Assembly (NCBI RefSeq): GCF_963921235.1
Contig: NC_086098.1
Coordinates: 4,402,001-4,466,000, forward strand
Source of the DNA: Mobula hypostoma
Taxonomy: Eukaryota
Direction: 5' to 3'
Length of the DNA: 64,000 nt
Shown here: piece after piece, positions 57,431 through 64,000 of the stretch
Numbering within the stretch: position 1 is the first letter of the stretch
Layout: the number at the start of each line of letters is the position of its first letter
Notes under the pieces: generated by a model
Database searches by the model: none
What the model saw: the letters and a program-made list of their open reading frames with translations, nothing else
Told to the model about the DNA's origin: nothing
Made by a program: the position numbers and the translations under genes

Positions 57431-59239
57431 CATCTGTAGAGACTGTAGGACTAAGAATAATGGGACTGGTGTATCTGTTCTGGTGGACATCAACATGGAC
57501 TGTATAGATTTCTGTGCTTTGTTTAATAATTTTTACCATTTTGCTGTTATTCTCGCTGAATCTCTATCATCAACCACTAACACCCTCCTCAGCAACCCAT
57601 CTGAAATAGCACTGGACTGTTCCAAATCTATGTGTCATATCCAACCCTGAATGAAGTTTCAGACTTGCATGTCATTGTTAAGACTTTGCTGATCCTACAA
57701 GAAGAGAAACAGATTTCTTGTGTCTCTAAAGAAGGGTTTCTGTCCTGAAGAAGTGTCTCAGCCCAAAACATCGATTATTTATTCATTTCCTGACCGGCTA
57801 AGTTCTTCCAGAATTTTGTGCGTGTTGCTTTGGATTTCCAGCATCTGGAAATTTTCTCATATTACAGATGTCTTATAATTTCTGTGTGCCAACCTTTGAG
57901 GAAAATTAAGAAAATTCTGTTTCAAGGATCAGCTTTATTCACCATATACATTTACATGTATTAGGAATCTGCTGTGGGTGTTGGCACAGCACGACAAAAA
58001 AATCAACTGTCAACAATAATAAAGTCTAATAAAAATAAATTTAGATTGAAGTATGGATATGGAATAAAATGTGCATAAATACACAAATACCAGCTTGCAT
58101 TTACAATGTAAACAGCATTATAAAAAGTGGTTTAAAATGTTTACAGTGCAGTTCAGTGAAGGGGAGTAATTGATAGGGGGGTGGGGCTAACTAGAATGGT
58201 TAATTAGATTTACTACCTGGGGGTAGAAAGTGGTGTGAAGTTTTTCTTTTAAGAGCCCGTTAACGTTTTTAGGAAGGGCACTTTTGGAAAAGGCAGTTTG
58301 CTGGGGGGGTAGTGTTCGCAATGATCTTTCCAACATAGCATTTCCATTGGAGAGAAAATTCAATTTTCGACATAAGAATAATATGACATTTGCAGAGTTA
58401 AACTACAAGTGTGCTAAGTCAATGCCACGTCCTCCTCCTCCTCTTCAACACCACCTGCTTATGTTTCAGTTCTTCACTGCTGCCTCCAGGAATTTTCTTC
58501 ATTGGTTCAGGCCTTGAATTCAGTATTAATTCGACACCACACAAAAGACCTGATACAGAGTCTGGGATTATTTACTGAAGTTGTTCAGCCTGGTGTCTAA
58601 AGAAGAACATGAGAGATCGGAACTTCTTGGTTTGGAAAGAAGAAGGTAACAGGTGATCTGATAGTCAGTTCATAGAATATCTCAAAAGAGTGAATGTGGA
58701 GAGGATGTTTCCTATAGTGAGGGAATCTAGGACCAGAGGGCACAGCCTCAGAATAGAAGGACATCCCTTAGATCAGAAATGAGGAGGAATTTCATTTGCC
58801 AGAGGTTGGTGAATCTGTGGAATTCATTGCCTGGGATGGTTGTGGAAGCCAAGTCTTTGGGTATATTTAAAGCAGAGGTTGATAGGTTCTTGATTAATCA
58901 GGACACTAAAGGTTACGTGGAGAATGGGGTTGTGAGGGATAATAAATCAGCCTTGTTGGAGTGGCCAAATTTGCTCCTATGTCTCATTTAAGATGGGAAG
59001 TGAATTGGGCAGCATCAGGGGAAGGAAAGGAATTGGTGATGTTTTGGGTCAAAAAGGAATATGAACAGTTTCTTTCCTCCAGCCGATGCTGCTTGCCCAG
59101 TGAGATCATCCAGCAGATTGGGTATGCTTGAGATAAAACGACCTGACTGAACATTTCACACAGGACTACTTCAGGGTATCACTTCAAGTAACACCTGGAG
59201 CAGAAATGAAAGCAGTAACAAGTACTTGTAAATAAACAT

Positions 59240-60605
59240 CGGAGGAACTCAGCAGATCAGCACATGTATAACGCCGGAGGAAAGGTCAGCACGCGTATAA
59301 CGACAGAGGAAAGGTCAGGACACGTATAATGACAGAGGAGAGGTCAGGACACGTATAACGACAGAGGAGAGGTCAGGACACGTATAACGACAGAGGAAAG
59401 GTCAGTACGCGTATAATGCCGGAGGAAAGGTCAGCACGTGAATAACGCCAGAGGAAAGGTCAGGACAAGTATAACGCTGGAGGAAAGGTCAGCACGCGAA
59501 TAACGCCGGAGGAAAGGTCAGGACACGTATACCGCCGGAGGAGAGGTCAGCACGCGAATAACGCCGGAGGAACGGTCAGGACACGTATAACGCCGGAGGA
59601 AAGGTCAGCACGTGAATAACGCCAGAGGAAAGGTCAGGACAAGTATAACGCTGGAGGAAAGGTCAGCACGCGAATAACGCCGGAGGAAAGGTCAGGACAC
59701 GTATACCGTCGGAGGAGAGGTCAGCACGCGAATAACGCCGGAGGAATGGTCAGGACACGTATAACGCCGGAGGAAAGGTCAGGACACGTATAACGCCGGA
59801 GGAGAGGTCAGCACGCGTATAACGCCGGAGGAGAGGTCAGCACGCGTATAACGCCGGAGGAAAGGTCAGCACGCGTATAACGCCGGAGGAAGGGTCAGGA
59901 CACGTATAACGCCGGAGGAAGGGTCAGCACGCGTATAACGCCAGAGGAGAGGTCAGCACGCGTATAACGCCGGAGGAGAGGTCAGGACACGTATAACGCC
60001 GGAGGAAAGGTCAGGACACGTATAACGCCGGAGGAAGGGTCAGCACGCGTATAACGCCGGAGGAAAGGTCAGGACACGTATAACGCCGGAGGAAGGGTCA
60101 GCACGCGTATAACGCCGGAGGAAGGGTCAGCACGCGTATAACGCCGGAGGAAAGGTCAGGACACGTATAACGCCGGAGGAAGGGTCAGCACGCGTATAAC
60201 GCCGGAGGAAAGGTCAGGACACGTATAACGCCGGAGGAGAGGTCAGCACGCGTATAACGCTGGAGGAGAGGTCAGGACACGTATAACGCCGGAGGAAAGG
60301 TCAGGACACGTATAACGGCGGAGGAAGGGTCAGCACGCGAATAACGCCGGAGGAGAGGTCAGCACGCGAATAACGCCGGAGGAAAGGTCAGGACACATAT
60401 AACGCCAGAGGAACTCAGTAGATCAGCACATGTATAACGCCGGAGGAAAGGTCAGTACGCGTGTAACGCCAGAGGAAAGGTCAGGACACGTATAACGCCA
60501 GAGGAAAGGTCAGCACGCGAATAACGCCGGAGGAAAGGTCAGTACGCGTGTAACGCCAGAGGAACTCAGCAGGTCAGCACACGAATAACGCCGGAGGAAC
60601 TCAGC
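59240..60605. repeat. 29-bp CpG-rich minisatellite, ~46 units, consensus ACGCCGGAGGAAAGGTCAG(C/G)AC(G/A)CGTATA
   Basis: Direct tandem repetition. A few 35-bp units keep CTCAG(C/T) at 59248, ~60414, ~60566 and ~60600. Internal 174-bp (6-unit) duplication at ~59410-59755. Confidence 0.98.
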
Positions 60606-61232
60606 GGGCCAGGTAGCATCTATGGAAAAGAGCAGAGTCGATGTTTCGGGCTAAAACCCTTCAGCAGGACTGGAGGTAAAAAGGCTGAGGAGGGAGGAAG
60701 GGGGGATGGAGAGAAAGAAAGGCCGGACAATAGGGTGAAACTTGGAGGTGGAGGGATGAAGTAAAGAGCTGGGAAGTTGATTGGTGAAAGCGACAGAAGG
60801 CCATGGAAGAAAGAAAAGGGGGGAGGAGCTCCAGAAGGAGGCAATGGGCGGTCAAGGAGAGAAGGTGAGAGAGGGAAAAGGGAATGAGAAATGCTGAAGG
60901 AGAGGAGGGTGGAGGGCATTACTGGAAGTTTGAGAAATCGATCTTCATGCCATCAGGTTGGAGGCTACCCAAATGGAATATAAGGTGTTGTTCCTCCATC
61001 CTAAGAGTGGCCTCATCACGACAGTAGAAAAGGCCATGGGAATGTGAAGTGGAATTAAAATGGATGGCCAGTGGGAGATCCCACTTTTTCTGGTGCTTGG
61101 CCATTTAGCCTGCCTAAGGGTTTCGGCCCAAATCGTCAACTGTACTCCTTTCCTAGATGGTGCCTGGCCTGCTGAGTTCCTCCAGCATTTTGTGTGTGTT
61201 GCTTGGATTTCCAACATCTGCAGATTTTCTCT
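60590..61232 (-). mobile_element. Penelope 3' fragment (-) with inverted pLTR end (~61105-61232, +)
   Basis: WDLPLAIHFNSTSHSHGLFYCRDEATLRMEEQHLIFHLGSLQPDGMKIDFSNFQ; its pLTR runs directly into the minisatellite. Confidence 0.88.
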
Positions 61233-61502
61233 TGTTCAGCAAATCAGACAGCTTCTGCAGAGGGAAACACACAGCCAATGTTTCAGGGTGAAACTGTTCA
61301 TTCCTCTCCAAAGATGCTGTCTGACCTGCTGAGTTCCTTTTGTGTTTTGAGTGTGTTACTGTAGGTTGACGGCATCTGCAGTTTCAACTGTCTCAATGAA
61401 TAAATAAAGTCATTTATTGTCACATGCACAAGTACATCAGAACCAGGTTTATTATCACTGGCGTAAGTTGTGAAATTTGTTGTTTGTGGCAGCAGGACAT
61501 TG

Positions 61503-62382
61503 TGTTACGTAACTGGCAGCAATGAATATCAATCGAGTCTGGTTATATAAAAACAACCAAACATTTATTAAACACTGATAAACTATAAAAAACAAATGAA
61601 AATGAAAACCTTAACCAGAAATTAACCACTATGCGGCCATTCGACAAATCGCCACTCAGTACTGCTTCTTAAAGCGATAAATGCATAAACAGTTCTTAAA
61701 GCGGTAAAATCAAATACAGTTCTTAAAATGGTAAATTCGAAAGTCCAACAGATTTATACATTCAATTGGGAGAGACTTCTCTGGAGAAGGATTTCTTCTT
61801 AGACGCGATTTTCCTGCTGGTTCTGTCCAAAGGATTCACGATGAAGGAAATAAACGGCTTAAAAACAACTGACCTTTATTTCTGGAGAGCAAACCTTGCA
61901 TGAACTTCCTTGCTCTCTTTTGGCAGGAGTTATCTTCGATGCAGGTCACTACTTCTTTGACGAAGACTCAATAAGGTCGATCCTTTATTAAACTGCTGAA
62001 CATTCCCAACTTCTCTTAATCCTTCAGGTCCTGTACTTCGATAAAGTCTTCACTCTCCAATACTACTGAAAAAGTACATCAACAAATCTGACAGAAATGG
62101 GTAAACTGCCAGTCCAGCACTATTGTACCTTACAATAGAACGTAAAACTCCGTTTTAAAAATGAAACTGCATCATAAGGTAAATACGCAACAGAACGGAG
62201 CCTCCGACAAACGTTCTAGCTGGAAAACCAACTGCGTCACCAGGGGTCTTCCCTTTTATACCCGTGGTGAACATGTCATCACGTGACCTCACATCGGCGG
62301 GAAAATTACATCAGGTGACCTCCAAAAGACCATTACATCATTCTTACAAGAAAGTCACAAGATCTCCTTGAGGTATGTAACA
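61503..62382 (-). mobile_element. Solo LTR (880 bp)
   Basis: Termini TGTTACGTA...TATGTAACA (8/9 inverted match), 4-bp TSD ATTG on both sides, minus-strand TATAAAA at ~62254-62260 and AATAAA at ~61564-61569, in U3-R-U5 order. Confidence 0.88.
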
Positions 62383-62752
62383 ATTGCAACTCATAAAAAT
62401 TACAATGCAACACAAACAAAATTCTGGAGGAGCTCAGTAGGTCAGGCAGCATCTAGGGAAATGATAGATAGTCAACATTTCGGCCCAGACCTGTCCTCAG
62501 GACCATAGAAATTACTGTATGTTACAATAAGAAATATATTTTAAAAATAACTTGTGCAAAATAAGAGCAAAAATAATGAGGTGCTATTCATGGACCATCA
62601 AGGAATGTGATGGCGGAAGAGAAGCTATTCCTAAAATGTTGAGTGTGTGCCTTCAGACTCCTGTACCTCCTCCCTGATGGTAGTAACGAGAAGAGGGCAT
62701 GCCCTGGGTGATGGAGGTCCTTAATGATGGATGCTACCTTTTTGAGGCATTG

Positions 62753-63583
62753 CATAGTCATAGTCATACTTTATCGATCCTGGGGGAAATTGGTTTTCAT
62801 TACAGTTGCACTATAAATAATAAATAGTAATAAAATCATAAATAGTTAAATAGTAATATGTAAATTACGCCAGGAAATAAGTCCAGGACCAGCCTATTGG
62901 CTCAGGGTGTCTGACCCTCCAAGGGAGGAGTTGTAAAGTTTGATGGCCACAGGCAGGAATGACTTCCTGTGACGCTCTGTGCTGCATCTTGGAGGAATGA
63001 GTCTCTGGCTGAATGTACTCCTGTGCCCAACCAGTACACTATGTAGTGGATGGGAGACATTGTCCAAGATGGCATGCAACTTAGACAGCATCTTCTTTTC
63101 AGACACCACCGTGAGTGAGTCCAGTTCTATCCCCACAACATCACTGGCCTTACGAGTGAGTTTGTTGATTCTGTTGGTGTCTGCTGCCCTCAACCTGCTG
63201 CCCCAGCACACAACAGCAAACATGATCGCATTGGCCACCACTGACTTGTAGAACATCCTCAGCATCGTCCGGCAGATGTTAAAGGACCTCAGTCTCCTCA
63301 GGAAATGGAGACGGCTCTGACCCTTCTTGCAGACAGCCTCAGTGTTCTTTGACCAGTCCAGTTTATTGTCAATTTGTATCCCCATGTATTTGTAATCCTC
63401 CACCATGGCCACACTGACCCCCTGGATGGAAACAGGGGTCACCGGTACCTTAGCTCTCCTCAGGTCTACCACCAGCTCCTTAGTCTTTTTCACATTAAGC
63501 TGCAGATAATTCTGCTCACACCATGTGACAAAGTTTTCTACCGTAGCCCTGTACTCAGCCTCATCTCCCTTGCTGATGCATCC
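62753..63583 (-). mobile_element. Young 5'-truncated Rex1/Babar-clade LINE
   Basis: Uninterrupted frame WCEQNYLQLNVKKTKELVVDLRR...KKGQSRLHFLRRLRSFN...RCSTERHRKSFLPVAIKLYN; 3' tail (CTATGA)n-like at 62753-62768. Confidence 0.88.
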
Positions 63584-64000
63584 TTTTAAAGAAGTCCCTG
63601 ATGCCAGGGAGGCTCGTGCCAATGATGGAGCTGGCTGAGTTTACAACTTTCTGCAGCTTTTTTCCAACCCTGTGCATGGCCCCTCCCTACCAGACGGTGA
63701 TGCGACCAGTCGGAGTGTTCTCCATGGTACATACGAGGAAATATGCCAAATCTCCTTTGCAATTGCATCAATAGATCAACAGTCCCCAGAATAGATCTTT
63801 AGAGATGTTGGCACCCTGGATATATATATATATATGCACAGCTTCAACGAAAAATTTATTTGCAGCAGCATTACACCATTTCTTGTGAATGCAGCATTTA
63901 AGAAGCGTTCACAAGAAAATGTAAATTAAACAGAATTTTTACAAGAAAACACAAAACAAAAATTACGTCCATTTTACTGCAAAGTGGTCAAATTGGTCAC

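Larger units (their letters stand above)
61438..63750 (-). mobile_element. Old Rex1/Babar-like LINE 3' fragment interrupted by a solo LTR, a pLTR fragment and a younger Rex1
   Basis: Tail cagaaccaggtttattatcac at ~61438 and ccttcagactcctgtacctcctccctgatgg at ~62650 are reverse complements of the 36691-37014 type; the sequence resumes at ~63584. Confidence 0.65.

Noticed and set aside
59240..60605. 29-bp array as a CRISPR array or coding repeat
   Set aside because: Units are head-to-tail without unique spacers, 29 is not a multiple of 3, and the recurring TAA closes the + strand frames.
53700..64000. Exons of a neighbouring gene downstream of NDUFAF4
   Set aside because: Every recognisable ORF here is TE-derived or low-complexity. 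Short or non-coding exons cannot be excluded by eye.

Overview
Vertebrate genomic DNA, most likely a cartilaginous fish (ray-like), inferred from its repeat repertoire: HE1/V-SINE-like SINEs, CR1, Rex1/Babar, Penelope and Tc1. The first ~34 kb is one strand-asymmetric compound satellite, roughly (GA)GTGTGTTTGAGGGAGAGAGT(C/G)(TG)n, with a 200-N gap at 18824-19023. It ends only ~195 bp upstream of the start codon of the single protein-coding gene in the window, NDUFAF4 (complex I assembly factor; + strand; exons 34228-34363, 37543-37628, 50699-50998; 173 aa). The introns and downstream DNA are a mosaic of nested transposons: a decayed near-full-length CR1 carrying a hAT-in-hAT insertion and a solo LTR, several Penelope copies whose terminal repeats carry minimal hammerhead-ribozyme motifs, a full-length but dead IR/DR Tc1, and Rex1 copies. 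The most interesting observations are (i) the satellite directly abutting a housekeeping promoter, (ii) a CpG-rich 29-bp minisatellite visibly born from a Penelope terminal repeat, where a 6-nt deletion created ~23 tandem AAAGGTCA (NBRE) sites, and (iii) intronic hammerhead motifs. I found no convincing new multi-gene system. All family assignments are from recalled motifs, not database searches.
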